From the human T2T-CHM13v2.0 reference genome, Homo sapiens, in NCBI RefSeq assembly GCF_009914755.1, contig NC_060927.1: a stretch of DNA of 64,000 bases. One strand, 5' to 3'. The stretch's first letter is position 1, and each line of letters opens with the position of its first letter. The notes beneath the pieces were generated by a model. The model ran no database searches. It was not told where the DNA came from and saw only the letters and a list, made by a program, of their open reading frames with translations. The position numbers were made by a program, and so were the translations under genes. Below, in pieces: positions 1-16,121 of the stretch.

Positions 1-95
1 AATAATGAAAAATACTGATGATAATAAAAAAGAGAACAATATACACAATGTTCATGTATAAAGTATTTGCTTAGTCTATGCAGACACTAAGAGCT

Positions 96-561
96 TGTGA
101 TGGTTAATTTTATGTATCATCTTGACTAGGCCATGGGGTGCCCAGACATTTGGTTAAACATTATTCTGGGTGTATCTGTGAGGCTGCTTTTGGATGAGAT
201 TAGTATTAGAATTGATAGAATGTGCAAAGCAGATTGTCCTCCCTAATGTGGGTGGCCCTCATCCTATCTATTGAAGACCTAAGTAAAATAAAAGGGCTGG
301 CTGGAGGGAACGGCACCTGCCTGACGGCTTAAGCTGAGACATTGGTCTTTTCCCACCCTCCAACTAGAACTTATACCTTTGGCTCTTCTGGGACTGCAGG
401 TTGTCAATTGCAGATCTTGGGACTTCTCAGCCTTCGTAATCACCTGAGCTAACTCCTGATAATAAATGTCTTTCTTTTGTATGGATATAAACATAGATAT
501 ATATAGTTAAATATATAATCTCCTATTGGTTCTTTTCCTCTGGAGAACCCTGACTAATACC
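96..561 (+). mobile_element. MLT2-family (ERVL) solo LTR, MLT2B/D-like
   Basis: Starts tgtgatggttaattttatgt and ends ggagaaccctgactaatac(c), the typical MLT2 termini; 5-bp TSD gagct/gtgct. Confidence 0.85.
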
Positions 562-614
562 GTGCTTTAAATATTTTCTCTCATTTTTCTCTAACAAATT
601 TCCCATAGTCTTGA

Positions 615-740
615 TTTTTTTTTTAAAGATGGAGTCTTGCTATGTTGCCCAGGCTGACCTCAAACTCCTGGTCAAGGGACCCTCCCACCTCAGCCTTCCA
701 AGTAGCTGGGACTACTGATACTCACCACTGCACTTGGCTC
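615..740 (-). mobile_element. FLAM-type Alu monomer
   Basis: Poly-T followed by gagtcttgctatgttgcccaggctg...ccactgcacttggc; degenerate TSD catagtcttga/catggtcttga. Confidence 0.85.
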
Positions 741-1351
741 AATTCATGGTCTTGATTTGAACCTGTGCTCTTGGCCACCTCAGCATACTGTAGGACAAAT
801 GAGATTTTAAGAGTACTTCTAGCTTGAAATTTGAATTCCTTTCATTATAAAGGTCATCATTAAAGGCATTATTCCATGGGCATTATTTAGTTTCAGAGCT
901 CAAAAGGCATAGCTTCAAAGTAACCATTGTTCCCATCACCTAAGATGCAGATGATGGTCAATAGGAAAATAATTTTCACAACACACTACCATCCCTGGTG
1001 GCCTGAGGGACAGCCGAAACTCCCAAGCCCATAAAACAACATAAACAAAAGATTCCATGAAACTGATGGAGTTGAGTTTAGAAAGGAGCTTGGAGTCTCT
1101 AAGATTTTCAAGGTAAGTCTCTCTCCATGAACTAGGGGAACCAGGACCTATTGCTTGGACAAAGAAGTGGGAGAGAAAATATAGGATTCCAGCTACTTCT
1201 GTCCTTTCTTATTTCCCGCCTCAATCAAGTTTGAACAGCACAGCTGTTTATGTGGAGCCTTCCCTTGGAGATCACAGGGCATATGTTGGCTGGAGGTTTT
1301 ACTTTGCCATCTGCCCATGGCAACTCAAGACATTATCTGCTGTAACTACTG

Positions 1352-1485
1352 GACTATGGTTTTCAAATTTTAGTGTGCATAAAGGATGCCTGAGAACTGT
1401 CTTAAACATGGAAATTTCTGGTCTCTATTCCCTAAGATTTTGATGCAGTAGGTCTGAGATAGGTTTCTGGAATATGCATTTTTAC
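1352..1485. mobile_element. MER5-family hAT-Charlie MITE fragment
   Basis: ggttttcaaattttagtgtgcat...tgcagtaggtctgagatagg...atatgcatttt resembles MER5A/B. Confidence 0.55.
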
Positions 1486-2764
1486 CTTAGGGGAAATTTG
1501 TTCCTATGGCTATGTCCCCAGTTTAAGAAATGTTCCTTAGGGAATTTTCATTCCCATGAGACATGATGGAGGAGAAGGGACATAGACTTCAAATTATTCC
1601 TGGTGCAGCAAGTGCTGAACAGAACCTGGAAGAAAGATATTTTCCTCTACATAAGTAGGAAAAGAAAATCCATGGGAAAAAAAAATGGAATCTTAATGAC
1701 AGTGGCATTCTGAGGAACTTAAAATGAGGAAATATCCAAGCCCAAGAAAATGACATTGTCCACACAGGTCAAATCACATCCAATCCTGAAGGGTTTCCCT
1801 TTTTCTGAAGAATTGGTTTCCTCCCTCTCTTTTCTCTGCTCAGCTATGGAATAACCTAAGTACTACTCCTCCCAGAGGAATTCCTGCTCTGCTCCAAGTT
1901 CTCACTATCAGCACTCCTGATCCTGCTTCTTACTCTAAGGTTCTGGGTTTCAGTTTGATGGAAACGGAACGTGAACACCAGAAGAGAAGTGATGTCTGGG
2001 AGCCTCTATAGCCTTGCTCTCTATCCCCACCTGAGGAAGGAAAAGCTGTTCATCAAGGACAGCTGGCAAACCTGGACTGGAGCATAGCTCAGGAGTGGGA
2101 ACTCCTAGGCACCACAGCATTCAGGTGAATATCACCCACTACACCAAGGCTTCATTCTCACTCTTGTTTTAATCCGCTCACATAAAAATTTTCTTCTGGT
2201 TGCTGCTCAATGGGAAATATATTTTAAGAAGAGAAAGCTATTTTTAAGAATTACTTTTATTAGTCTATTGATTCCATACTTAAAAATGGGTCAGCTTTCC
2301 TCCTGCACAGCTGAAGGTATTTTTGAGAAGTCGTTAAATAAATGCAGTCACTAATTTGCTGCTTGGAGTCGTGACCCACTCTTACCCTCTGCTGAGGATA
2401 AGAGATGGTTTTGTTCTTAGCCTATTTTTCATTTACTGAGAAGCTCTGACCTCTCCATCCCAGGTTAGGCAGTCATGAGCCCCTGTGGGATTCTCAGATT
2501 CAATCTGTAGTTATTTTAAGAATTTAAATTACATAAGCGAGGCTCTTTTTAGAATCCCTTCTTAGGGTCAGTCCCACACAGGACATCCTTAAAATTGCTA
2601 CCATGAGCATGTGAGAAGCTTTTACCATTTAGTTTTTTGTGATGAGGGCTCCAGAGGCTGCTATTTTGAGAAGGAGAGTGCAGGTCATCTGGCCTCTCTA
2701 CTATTCCTAGAGAGTTGCTGGGCACAGCCCTAGTAGCAGCAAGGAAATGGCAGAGGGAGCATCC

Positions 2765-3270
2765 TGCTTTGGTTATGAAAAACAGAATTTCAACTCAAAC
2801 TGGCCAAATCAAGTAAGGCAATGTTTTGGCTCCTATAACCAAAGTACAGCAATAGCATTTCAGGCACGGTCTGGTCCAGGGCTCAAGACATGTCCCCAAG
2901 TCACCCTTTCCCTTCAGTTCTGCTTTACTTCATGTAGATCTTATTCCAGGTCAGGCCTTCTTCATGTAACCTGGCAACTCCAGACAATGTTCTTTCGTTT
3001 AAGTGCTTTGCAAAGAAATATTATCTCTTCTCTAGATCTCCCAAAATTTTGATTTGAAACTCATTGGACTTATTTGGGCCAAGTGCCACTTTTGCTCGAT
3101 CACCTTGACTAATGGCATGCAGTGCTCTGATTAGTCAATCCAAAATCCCATGCCAATCTTACAGTCACAGTCACCTCCCTGAAGGACATGAACTGAGATG
3201 GGGAATAAATTGTTTTTCAAGGAAAATATGGGTTTCATCCTCACAAAAAATATCAGTGGATGTTGGGGAA
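2765..3270 (-). mobile_element. Old MaLR LTR (MLT1K/L-like)
   Basis: tttggttatgaaaaacagaatttcaactcaaactggcc...tccagggctcaa...ctgattagtca matches the MLT1J/K/L pattern; highly diverged. Confidence 0.55.
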
Positions 3271-3859
3271 AAAATAAAAAACTTATTGTGTATTACTTGA
3301 TTAGATAGGACAAATAATAATTATGAGTGCCTTGCTGGATTTGGGGGGACAGCCACTATCCCCAGGACCCTCACACCCTCAAATCTCAGGAAGCCTCTGA
3401 AATATGACCAGAGGAAGAGAAGTAGAAAAGCTAACCCTATCATGATACCACCTGCTTGTCCTGCCCAAGAGTCCAGTGTGCAGGAGGCTGAGAATACAGC
3501 AAAAGTTCAGTCCATTCTAGCTGTGCACATCATATAATTTCATTCAAGAGAAAAAAATGCAATTATTTAGTGCATGCCTACCATGTACAAGTGCGATGCT
3601 TCGTGCTGCTGCCTCCCCACTGACAGATATTGCTGGTCTAGGCATACCATTTAGACTCATTGGGATTAGAGGAAGTCGAAGAAGTAAAAATGATAAAGGG
3701 GATGCAGTGATTTTAAAAAAGCTTTTGAGAGAAGGAAATATATCTTGTTCATTTCCGTTATCCATATTATTTAACTGAGCACAGGGTCTGGCCAGTAAGA
3801 GAGTCTCAAATGTTGACTGAATTAATGCATGCCTGACTAACATCCATTTGGTTTTTACT

Positions 3860-4040
3860 ATATTCTGGACACTATGTAAAGTACTTTTTAACTCTTAATT
3901 CATTTCATCCTTACCACAACCCAGTGAAGTGGTTGTAGTTTTTAATCTCTGTTTTACAAACAAGGAAACTGAGGCAAAGAGAGGTTACACAGGCAGGAAA
4001 TAGAAAAGCCAGCACTCAAGCCCAGGCAGTGTGAGTATAC
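3860..4040 (-). mobile_element. MIR SINE
   Basis: MIR core: ttttacaaacaaggaaactgaggcaaagagaggtta. Confidence 0.75.
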
Positions 4041-4228
4041 TGATATACTCCTAGAGAATATACTAATTCTCATCCATGTAAATGTGGAAGTAGGGATCTA
4101 GCTCTGTCACTCAAGGTTTGGCAAATCCGCACGGGGCAGAAGGATGGTCCATACCTACACTGCCCAATATGTCACTGGCCACATGTGGTTATTTAAAATA
4201 AAATTAATTACAATGAAATAAAACTGAA

Positions 4229-4913
<685 letters not shown>

Positions 4914-5280
4914 TCATTCCTCAGTTACACTAGCCACATTTCAAGTGCTCAGTAAACACATGTGGCTTGCGGATATACAAGTCTCTTCTCCCAGAAAATT
5001 CTTTTGGATAGCAGTGGGAGCTGAATTCCAAATGTCATTTTCAATCTTGATATGGGGAGTAGGAATTACCGTTTTCTATGGGGGCATCCCCAGTCAAGCC
5101 CACCTTGCCCAGCACGCTGGCTGCCCTTGCCTATGTGCACCCTATTCCATCATCACAACACACAACCCGTGCCCTTCTGTGCCTCCCCGCTTTATACACT
5201 TCTGCTTGGGGCACCTCTCTAGTCATGCCAGGTGGGAGTTAAAAGCTCATAACTGTTACCCCCTCAAGTCCTGCTTGAAG

Positions 5281-5594
<314 letters not shown>

Positions 5595-7321
5595 CCCTAC
5601 TAGAAGTTTTACGGCAGAAAATCTGGTTGCATGATTGGTGGGAAACCCTGGCAAAAGAGGGGTTGGAAACACAACTCTGGGTTTGATATCCTAAAAGATA
5701 CTATCTGTGTGGTAAGCAGCCCAGTCTTTGGAAATATATAGACCTGAGGTCTGAATCCCAGATCACCACATACTAATGACAGGACAGGCTCAAGACTGAG
5801 CCTTACCTGAAAATGGGGTCAACTCCACGTACCTCATATCAGCATATGTCCTTGGCATAGTGCCTGCTGGCTAAGAATTGGCAGCTGCTGAGGTCACTAT
5901 TATGATGATGACGTAAGTCAAATGGCTTGTAGTTCTCCAGCTTTTGGGGGTCACCCTTTTGTTTAAAACTGTCATGACAATATCCTGAGCCAACTCTCAG
6001 TAGACCATTGTCTTCTCCCTATAGATGATTTCTGGAACACACTGAAATCTATTTTGGAGTCTTCATGGCACCCCCAAAATTTCACTTTACTCTGGACTAC
6101 AACTTCATAACAACATGGATCAAATTTGTTATCTTGCAATATTTATTCATTAGTAATGTTTTCTTCCTTTCAAGCACCACCACAAACCCTTCCCTTAGTG
6201 CTTCAAAGCACAATGACAGCCAGGTTGTGGTATTTAACAGACTTAACTGGAGGCTTGGAGTTAAGGGGATTACAAAGCAGAAAAGAAAATGTAATATTGG
6301 ATAGTAACTATTACTAAATGTAGAGCCCGTACATGAGCATCTCTAGAGAGGTCTCCCAGCTTTCTGGTCTATCACCATGTTACATGGGCCATCCCACCTC
6401 TCTCATATGAAAATTATTTTGACCATGATCTTCTTATGCATGATCTAAAGCTAGAACTGTCTCTTACTCCAGAGCCAGTGTAGAATGATCCTGTCCCAAA
6501 CCAGCTAAATACAAACCGGCCCCCATTCTTGCACTGGGATGACTGATTTGGACAAATAACTTCTACTTCTGAATCTTAAGGGCAATGGGTAGAAAGCAAG
6601 ATGGCATGTAGCTGATGAAAGGCCAAGGCAAGGGAGTATATTTTGCTGATTCCTTAACCTCCCTAAACTCACACACTTTATCTCAAAGTGAACTGAAGAA
6701 ATTTCTCTACCTGTATCCAGTCCTATATGCTGCTCTTTGACTTCTTGGTCTGTCCTGGGATGCAGTGCAATTAGAAGTTAATGCATTCATGCTGTGACCT
6801 GAAAAGGTGGAAGGTGCCTGGGGGCTCCTGAGTACTTGGCTTCCATTCAGACCGCAAGCTGGATCTCCTATTATCAACACGTTTCTGCATCCTTGATTCT
6901 AGCACTGAGGCCCCTATTTATCTCTCAGAGAAAGGACAAATGGGCCTTAGCAAGAACAGTGGGCACTGGAGAGGGAAAAACTACAGCTACCCAGTGGAAG
7001 AAAAAGCTTAAGTGACCTTTTAGTGAGAAAAGCTAGAGCTTCCTGAAGAAATTATCACATTCGAGTGGCACTTTACAAACAATAGTTCTCATTTATTAGG
7101 TCTCACTATGTGCCAGGCACCATGCTAGCACATTTGAAGGCATGATCCCATCTCATTCTTAAATCAGTCACAAAAGTAGATATAGTGGTCCCCCTTATCC
7201 ATGGAGGATACATTACAAGACCCTCAGTGGGTGCCCAAAACTTTGAATAGTACCAAACCCTGTATATACTATGTTTTTTTCTATACATACATATCTACAT
7301 TAAAGATTAACTTATAAATTA

Positions 7322-7580
7322 GGCCAGGCATGTGGCTCATGCCTGTAATTTCAGTACATTGGTAGGATCACTTGAGCCTAGGAGTTCAAGACCAGCCTGG
7401 GCAACAAAGTGAGGCCCCATCTCTATAAAAACTAGAAAAAATTTAGCCAGGTATGGTGGAGTGAATAGGTAGTCCTAGCTACCCAGGAGGCTGAGGTGGG
7501 AAGATTGTTTGAGCCTGGATGGTTGAGGATGGGTGACAGAGTGAGACCCTTTCTCAAAAAATAAAATTAAATAATAAAAT
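7322..7580 (+). mobile_element. AluJ with internal deletions
   Basis: ggccaggcatgtggctcatgcc...gatcacttgagcctaggagttcaag; A-rich tail; degenerate TSD (ataaattagg/aaaatagg). Confidence 0.85.
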
Positions 7581-7925
7581 AAAATAGGCACAGTAAGTGC
7601 TGAGCAACCATAACTAATAATAAAATAAAATTATAACAATACATCAGCATCATGACTCTTGTGGTTTGAGGCTGTTATTAAGTAAAATAAGGGTTCCCTG
7701 AACACAAGCACTGCAGTCCCACGACAGTGATCTGATAACTGAGCTGATTACTAAATGATTAATGGGAGGGTAGTGTAGACAGTGTGGATCCACTGGACAA
7801 AGGGGTAATTCACATCTTGGGTGGGAAGAAGTAGGACTATAGGGGACTTCATCCTGCTACTCAAAATGGCATGTAATTTAAAACTTATGAATTGATTATT
7901 TCTGAAATTTTTTATTTCATATTTT

Positions 7926-8674
<749 letters not shown>

Positions 8675-9554
8675 TTTTCCTATCTCAGTTGACAGTGGGT
8701 GACTGAAACTTTGGAAAGTGAAACCTCAGATAAGGGAGCTCGGGGGTGGCTATTACTGTATATTATCCCCTTTTGGGAAGCTATAGTTCAGAGGGTGAGT
8801 AACATGATCAAGATTATCCAGGTAGTAACCAGTAAAGCCATGATCTGAGTTTGGTTTGACTTAGAGTCTGAGTTCTCAACCTGTATCCTTGTGTTGGCTT
8901 CAGTTCTTCCAGGCATGTTATTTTACTGGTCAATGTGAGAGAAAGAGAGCAGAGGAAGTATTAGTCCTATTTTGAAGACAAGGAAATGGAAGCTCCGAGA
9001 GTTTACATAGCTGGCTCAATGTTACCTAGGTCTCCTGACTTCTAGTCCAAAGTGGTTTCCATTGAGCAGCAAGCGGCTGAGCTAGGATTCCAACTAGGGC
9101 TTTCATAATACAAATTCCTCTCCACTGGGCATTTGAAAAGCCCTTAGAGGGCTGATCTGTTTTCATAGCCATCTCTGTGCCAAGGCTTCTGTTGAGGTGT
9201 AACATTAATAATCATATAGAAATTGACATTTATTATTAGAAATCTCTGTTGAGCTCCAATTTAAGAGAATAATCTCCCCTTTCCCTAGCAAGGCTTCTGG
9301 AAGTTAAAGAGTACTACATAGCTGTGCAGATAAAGTTTATTATCATAAATTTTATTATTTGAATTGCCTCCAACTAATTGTTTAGGAAATTACTAGTTCT
9401 AAAAGCTATCCCTACCCATAAAAAAAGAAAGGTTTAGCCTTACTTTTTTTTTTTTTTTTTTAATATAGGTACCTTGATTCTTCAAGATAAGTATCATTAG
9501 TGATGGTAAATCTTAGCATTTCAAAGGAGGAGATATGCACCCTGGTTAAGATAC

Positions 9555-10053
9555 TGATACAGGACAGCTGAGCCCCCAAATTGGGGCTTAGCCCAGGAGG
9601 GTACTTGGCTTCACCAGGAAAGAATTCACGAGCAAGCTGGTGGTGTTAGGCAGCAAATTTTACTGAAGCAGCAGTGTACAGCAGCAGCAGAGGTATGGCA
9701 TCTTGTGGAGTAGGGCTACCTCACAGGCAGTGTGCCCAGAGTAGTGGCTCAGAAGCAGTCCTGCAGTCATATTCATACTGACCTTTAATTATACACAAAT
9801 TAAGGTGTGGATTATGCAGACATTTCCAGAAATAGGGTGGTAGCTTCCAACTATTCTAGGTTATTGGACCATTGTCAGAGAGAGGGGTGGTAATTTCTGG
9901 TTGTTGCTATGGCAATGGTAGACTGACACGGCACACTGGTAGGTATGTCTTAAAGGGCGGTGCTTTCACCTCATCCCTGTTTTAGCTATCCTCAATTTGG
10001 TCCAGTGTCCAAGTCCTGCCTCCAGAGTTGAGTCCTGCCTGCCTCCTACCTCA
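9555..10053 (-). mobile_element. ERV1 solo LTR (MER66-like)
   Basis: tgatacagga...cctgcctcctacctca; reverse complement starts tgaggtaggaggc; TSD atac/gtac. Confidence 0.75.
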
Positions 10054-10394
10054 GTACAATTAGAAACCTTTTTTCCTATCCCCTTTTACTAAGAAGTTGT
10101 CATGGTGATGAGAGTGGGCCATGAAAAGACCTAGTGGAGTTACCATCACACTTTGGTTATAAAATCCTGTGAAAAGCTCATCAAGTTTAGTTGGAGACTT
10201 TGATCCTGTGACACGGTTAGTGTTTTATGCCAATAAAATTAATTTGGATTTAATCAGTCTTTATGTGACTGTATGACTCTTATTGGGGGTTCTCAAATAT
10301 GAAAAGAAGAAAAAAATAGAGTTTTTAGTTATAATACTTCTAATTGCCTCTACATCTGGATTGCAAATTGGGTTTTCTCCTTGAGCTAGTTCTC

Positions 10395-10930
10395 TCACTT
10401 TGGGGTATCTCTCCTAGAAATAATGCATCTATGCACATCTGTGTATATAAAAATGTAGGCTTTTCATATATAAATATACATAGATGGATACAGATATTTC
10501 TTGTAACATTGTTGTAGTGAAAAGCAATACTAGAAAAAAGCCCACCAATAGAGGGAAGATTGATTAAATTATGACACATTTATACCATGATGTATTATAG
10601 CACTGTGCATATATGAAAAACATAAGTTAGATGTGTATGTATTGGCCTAGAGGGATATTTATGATATAATTGTCAAATAAAAAAGCAAGTTGCAGGGTAG
10701 AGTGATGGATATGATCCCATTCTTATAAAATATTGTGTCAAAACCTATTTATGAGAATTTATGTCTTTATATGCTTGAATGAGCATAGATAACCATGTGG
10801 AACAGTATCCATTAAACTATTAACATTGGATTGATGATCTGGAGGATGTAGGGAAGGATGCTTGGAGGAAAGGGAATATTATTAACTTTTGTTTGGCTTA
10901 TTGTGATAAATACATTTTACATTTATACCT
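10395..10930 (+). mobile_element. Ancient L1M (L1ME/MC-like) 3' fragment
   Basis: ccaatagagggaagattgattaaattatgacacatttataccatg...aaaagcaagttgcag...atatgatcccattc. Confidence 0.6.
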
Positions 10931-12224
10931 AAGAAAAATCCCACTCCCAAAATAAACACAATAATAAGGGCAGTGGCAAGGGAGGGCTTTAAGGCAGACT
11001 GTGCTTGTATGTTGCTCCCAGACAGAATTATCTGGTAGGCTATCACAGGTACTGCTGAGATTCTTCTGATCTTTAGAATCAACATCTTATCAATAAAAAT
11101 AATAACAAACCCCAAGAAAAGGGAAGAGACTAGATGTTTTCTTCCAAAGCTCTCCTTTATGATGGCATTTTCATTAAGGAGCCAGTAGAATGGTTACTGT
11201 TTAATAAAGACCAAATAGACAAATCTATTATTTTTTTTCCTCTTAGAAAGCATCATGTAACTATGGGAATGTTTCCTAAACTCAGTATTTCTGGAAAAGG
11301 AACACAGTCTTAAGCATTTTGAGTGAGAGAAAAAATGCTGGCATATTAAACCAAGCCCCTGGCACTATCTGTCTTTAGCAGACCTGTTCTTCCCTCTCTT
11401 CGTCCTTCCTTCTCTCCTCCCTTTCTCCCTTGCCTTATTCCTCCTTCTCTGTTTCTGTCTCTCTTTTTTGTTTTCTTTTCTTCTTTCTTTTAAAGAAAAT
11501 TATTTTCTTTACTTGATGTTTCAAACTGAGACAATGTTAAACTAATGGACTTAATTCTCTGGCTTGCAGGTGAAGAATTAAGTGGTTTAGTCTTTTAAAT
11601 TATCTTCTTCATTGATTTGTTGTAAGAATTATAATGTATATATATTCACATAATGATGAAGAGTATTTACCCTGTCTATCACAGACATACTACAAAGGGA
11701 GCCACAGAATATTCTGTATCATACCTTTAAAATCAAAAGTTGTTTTACATTTCTATCATATGCTAGAACTTACTTTCCTCAGTTTATGCTGAATTCAGCT
11801 TGCATCATGATTTTTTTGCTTCAGCTCATGTTTGGGGGAATTACATATATTTCAGCAATTTTGGTGTCTCTGTTGGGCAGTTTATTATAGGTACTTTTAC
11901 AAAAGTGTTAATCGCTCTTTAGGTGAAGGAATGTTGTATATACACAACTCTGATTAGCACATGGTAGAGATTTAAAAAGTAACTGATCGATGCTAAATAA
12001 TAAAAATTTCAGAAAACAACATCCAATGTTCTAAATGCTTTTTGGATTTTTCCCAATCGTGGGATCTTTTTGTGTCTTTTTTCCTGTCTCCCAAAGAGAG
12101 TTAGAATTTGGTCAGTAATTTGTTTTTCTCTTTGATCTCTAAGTTAGTGCCATAACAGTTTTCTACCTTCTGAGATCTCCATGTTTATGGTTAGGGCCTT
12201 TCCATAGTAGCTTTTTCTTAGAAA

Positions 12225-13295
12225 TCTCAACTGAGGAATCACAAGGTTCATAAGTTTAGAAAGGAGAGCTTTATTTCTCATAAAGAATTGCAGTCTTCAG
12301 AATAGCCATTCTGTAGGCTGGGAAGCATAGCCTCCTGCCAGAAGTCTGAGACAGACACTTCGAGGGTAGGAAAGATAAGATATGGATGTATGCTGAACAC
12401 GTTAACTAAGTATACATATTCAATAAGCTATAGAAGGAGTCATGAATAATTATGACAGGAGAAACATGCATATGTACAATTGAGTATCATGCCTCTTCAT
12501 GGGTTGCCTGTTCAAAAAATGGCAGCATTATGCTAAGGGTGGTGGCTCATGCCTGTAATCCTTGTACTTTGGAAGGCTGAGGCAGGAGTATCCTTTAAGC
12601 CCAGGAGCTTGAGACCAGCCTGGGTAATATAGTGATACTCTAGTCCTACCAAAAAAAAAAAAAAAAAAAAAGTCCAGTGTGGTGGTGCTTACCTGTGGTC
12701 CCAGCTACCTGGAAGATTATGGTGGGAGGATCACTTGAGCCCAGGAGTTCAAAGGGGAGCTGAGATTTTCCCACTATACTCTCTAGCCTGGGAAACAGAG
12801 AGTGAAAGAGAGAGAGAGAAAAAAAAAAAGCAGTGTGAGCATGATCTGAGGGTGGAGTTTTCTGCTCTCTGATATCAAAAGATAAAGCAGAGGACATGAA
12901 AGCCCTCTCTGTACATCCTCACATCCTCATAGACTATCCAGAAGGGCTTCAGGGTTGTCAATCTCTTATCAGGAGAGGGTGCATTGTGAAACTGCTGAGC
13001 TGTCACTGGAAATTGCAAAGAGAGGTGGGGAGTCTGACTGCAGCCTCAGATGACTGGCTAAATGTTATTAAAGGAATGAGTTGTTCATTTCTTGTTTTCT
13101 AGAACTGGTTTCTGCCTACTCCTTAGGAAAGAATTCTGGACAAAGGTTAATAAAGAAGGGGCATACTGAAGCATGTCTGAACTCCTGTCCTACCATGGCT
13201 GGGAATTCAGTTTTTAAGGTGTTTCTGGCGTCTCCTTGGCCAAGAGGAGTCCATTCAATCAGTTGGGGTGCTTAGGATGTTATTTTTATTTTTCA
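12225..13295 (-). mobile_element. ERV1 MER4-group solo LTR (MER72-like) containing an AluJ
   Basis: Reverse complement starts tgaaaaataaaaataacatcctaagcaccccaactgattgaatggactcctcttggccaagg; perfect TSD gaaa at both ends. Confidence 0.75.
12532..12829 (+). mobile_element. AluJ
   Basis: ggtggctcatgcctgtaatcc...ggatcacttgagcccaggagttc; expanded central A-run; degenerate TSD (gcagcatta/gcagtgtga). Confidence 0.85.
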
Positions 13296-13704
13296 GAAAG
13301 TTTGGCCTTCTTCCTCCCTACAGGATATGTACATTTATGTATTCTGAATATTTTTATGGTTGTAGATTCTTGAAACCAGGCACAATGCTTATGGACTAAG
13401 AAATATCCTTAAATGCCAAGAAAATCAGGAACACTAACTGGAATATTTCCCATGTTCATGGGTGGGTGTTACATATCCCCCAAGGTGACAAGTACTGACA
13501 ATACAAGGACAAAGTTGCTGGAGGAGCCCTTTATGGACAATGTCTCCTGATTGTGAATCAAGGTCACATTTGCCTCTTCCTCCTCTCTTGGAACCCCACC
13601 ACATGTTATAGGATGCAGGTTACTATGGTGATAAGGGAAGAAAACACTGAATTAGATGAACATTGCAAAAATATTGTAGTGGGCTATAAAGGGTATTTTA
13701 CAGT

Positions 13705-13980
13705 GACTTTTTATTTTTACAATCATTTAACATTTACAGAAAAGTTGCAAAGATAGTACAGAGAGTTCCTGTACATTCCTCACCCAGTTTCTTGTATGGT
13801 ACATTACCATGGTATCCTTGTCAAAACTAAGAAACTGACATTGGTACATTACTGAACCAACTAAGGACTAAGCTCTGGCTTTATTTGAATTTCACCAGTT
13901 TTTCCATTAATGTCTTCTTTCCGTTGCAGGCTCCAATTTAGGGAACTATGTTGGTTTTAATTATTATGCTTCCTAAGTCT
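13705..13980 (-). mobile_element. L1MC/MD 3' end fragment
   Basis: atttacagaaaagttgcaaagatagtacagagagttcc...ctcacccagtttc. Confidence 0.7.
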
Positions 13981-15502
13981 CTATATTTTCAAATCTTCTG
14001 CATCCTGTGACAGTTTCTGATTCTTCCTTTGTTTTAGAAAGGTTTTAACCCACACAAAAATGTATCAAAGTCTACTCCTTTGAACTGGGTTTGGATTTGT
14101 TGCATGACTACCTTCCTTCGTATTTTTAGAGGCTCTTATGAAGACAAAATATCTCTCAGAACTCTTATAACTCCACAAATAATATTTTGGTTTTTGTCCT
14201 CTTCGTATTAATTCTTTAACTCTAGGAGGTCATGACCACTAAGAAGGGAATGTTTCTAGCAGGTAACATTTTCCTTTTGCTAAATGTATAATCTCAGTTC
14301 TGACTTAATAAATTTTACGAATAACTTAAATTTCCAATTCCAAAATATTCAAACAGTTTTGCACCACCATGACATATTGTGTAAAATAGTTTTTCCCTTC
14401 TCTCCACCTTTTGGCACTCTAAAAATAGATAGTAGTTTCTTTTAACAAGGTTCTTTAAACAATCTGTTCCGTGCCCCACCACAAACTCTACACCCCAATC
14501 TGTTGTTTTAGTTCCCTGCTGTTTAAGAGCCCAAGACTTTGCTGAAGCAGAATATCCGTAGTCAATCTTGCTGCTTGATTTTTGTTACCATGTCTCCATA
14601 AGATTTGTCCTGAATTCTAATTTGAATACTTATTTTGGAAAGCTTTCAGTTTTATCCTCTTCATTTTGAGTATGGGTACATGCTTTGGAGGCAGAGAGAT
14701 CTGAGCTCAAATTCCAGACCTACCACCCACTATAGGACCTCAGGCAAATTACTTATCTTCTCCCAGTCTCCTTTCCTCCTAAGCAAAAGGGAAGAGACAG
14801 CTTCTCTCCTGGATCTGATTTTCAAAGCCCTTAATGTTTTCTGGAGTTTTTCCCTTTCTAGCCATTTGCTATTACCCCAAGGTTAGCAGAAAAGAAGCAA
14901 TCTAAAAGTAGAGATTGATGTTTCTGGCTTTCTATCTCCTCCCACAACCCTCCAAAACACCAGAAGCAAGAGGGATGTGAAACTGTTAGCCAAGTGTTTG
15001 CAAAGGATGGCTTTGAAAGGATATCTGGAAAGGTATTGGGACTGCTGGTAGGCAGATGTGAGGGGCATTCTACATTAAATTTTAAGGGAAATGTTAGCAG
15101 ATCTGCTCCATCTGGCAGAATCCTGCTTTAAGTTTTTATCTATGATAAGTCTGGTCTCTGGATTCTCTCCCTTTATCTCTTTGTGTCCACGGGACTACTC
15201 CCACCATCTTCTCTGTACTTTGGGACCCTTATCTTGATAAATAACCTATAAAATTTGACTCAAGACCCTGTCTCAGATCCCGCTTATGTGTAATATTTTA
15301 ACTAACACATTCTTGGCCATTATTTCTGGTGGTTTATAGAAGTAAACTTCAGCTATATCTAGTCTGAAAAACATGTTCACATTTTTACATTATTGTCTTT
15401 CTATTGAAAAATTCATGTTCATGAATCCATTTTCACAGCTCTCCTGATTGGGAGGTTGAGTCATTACAAATTTTGCAAAAAGTGGGTCCTTTGGGTAGCC
15501 CC

Positions 15503-16042
15503 CATGATGGTTAATATTAAGTGTCAACTTGATTGGATCGAAGGATGCAAAGTATTGTTTCTGGGTGTATCTGGTGTTGCCAGAGGAGATGAACATTTGA
15601 GTCAGTGGACTAAGAGAGGATGACCCATCCTCAGGAAGACCCACCCACAATTTGAGTGGGCACCATCCAATCAGCTGCCAGCGCAGCTAGAAAAGGCAGG
15701 CAGAAGAAGGTGAAAGGAGCTGACTTGCTGAGTCTTCCGGCCTTCATCTTTTTCCGTGCTGGATGCCTCCTGCCTGGAACATCAGGCTCCATGTTCTTTG
15801 GCTTTTAGACTCTTGGACTTAACACCAGTGGTTTGTGAGGGGCTCTCCAGGCCTTGGCCACAGACTGAAGGCTGCACTGTCGTCTTCCTTACTTTTGAGG
15901 TTTTGGGACTTGGACTGAGCCACTACTGGCTTCTTTGTTTCTCAACTTGCAGACAGCCAATCGTGCGACTCCACCTTGATTGTTAGAGTCAATTCTTAAT
16001 AAACTCCCAGTTCTGTCCCTCCAGAGAACCCCGACTAATACA
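15503..16042 (+). mobile_element. MLT2A (HERV-L) solo LTR, MLT2A2-like
   Basis: gatggttaatattaagtgtcaacttgattggatcgaaggatgcaaagtattg...gagaaccccgactaataca; TSD gcccc/tcccc. Confidence 0.9.
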
Positions 16043-16121
16043 TCCCCAGATCTGTCACCTTATGCTCCCTACTTTGCAGAAGGAGTTTGACTGTTTGATT
16101 CAACATATATTTATGGGGTAC

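Noticed and set aside
3544-3843. Overlapping 99-aa and 73-aa ORFs in semi-unique sequence
   Set aside because: No recognisable domain, partly L2/MIR-like sequence, and lengths expected by chance.
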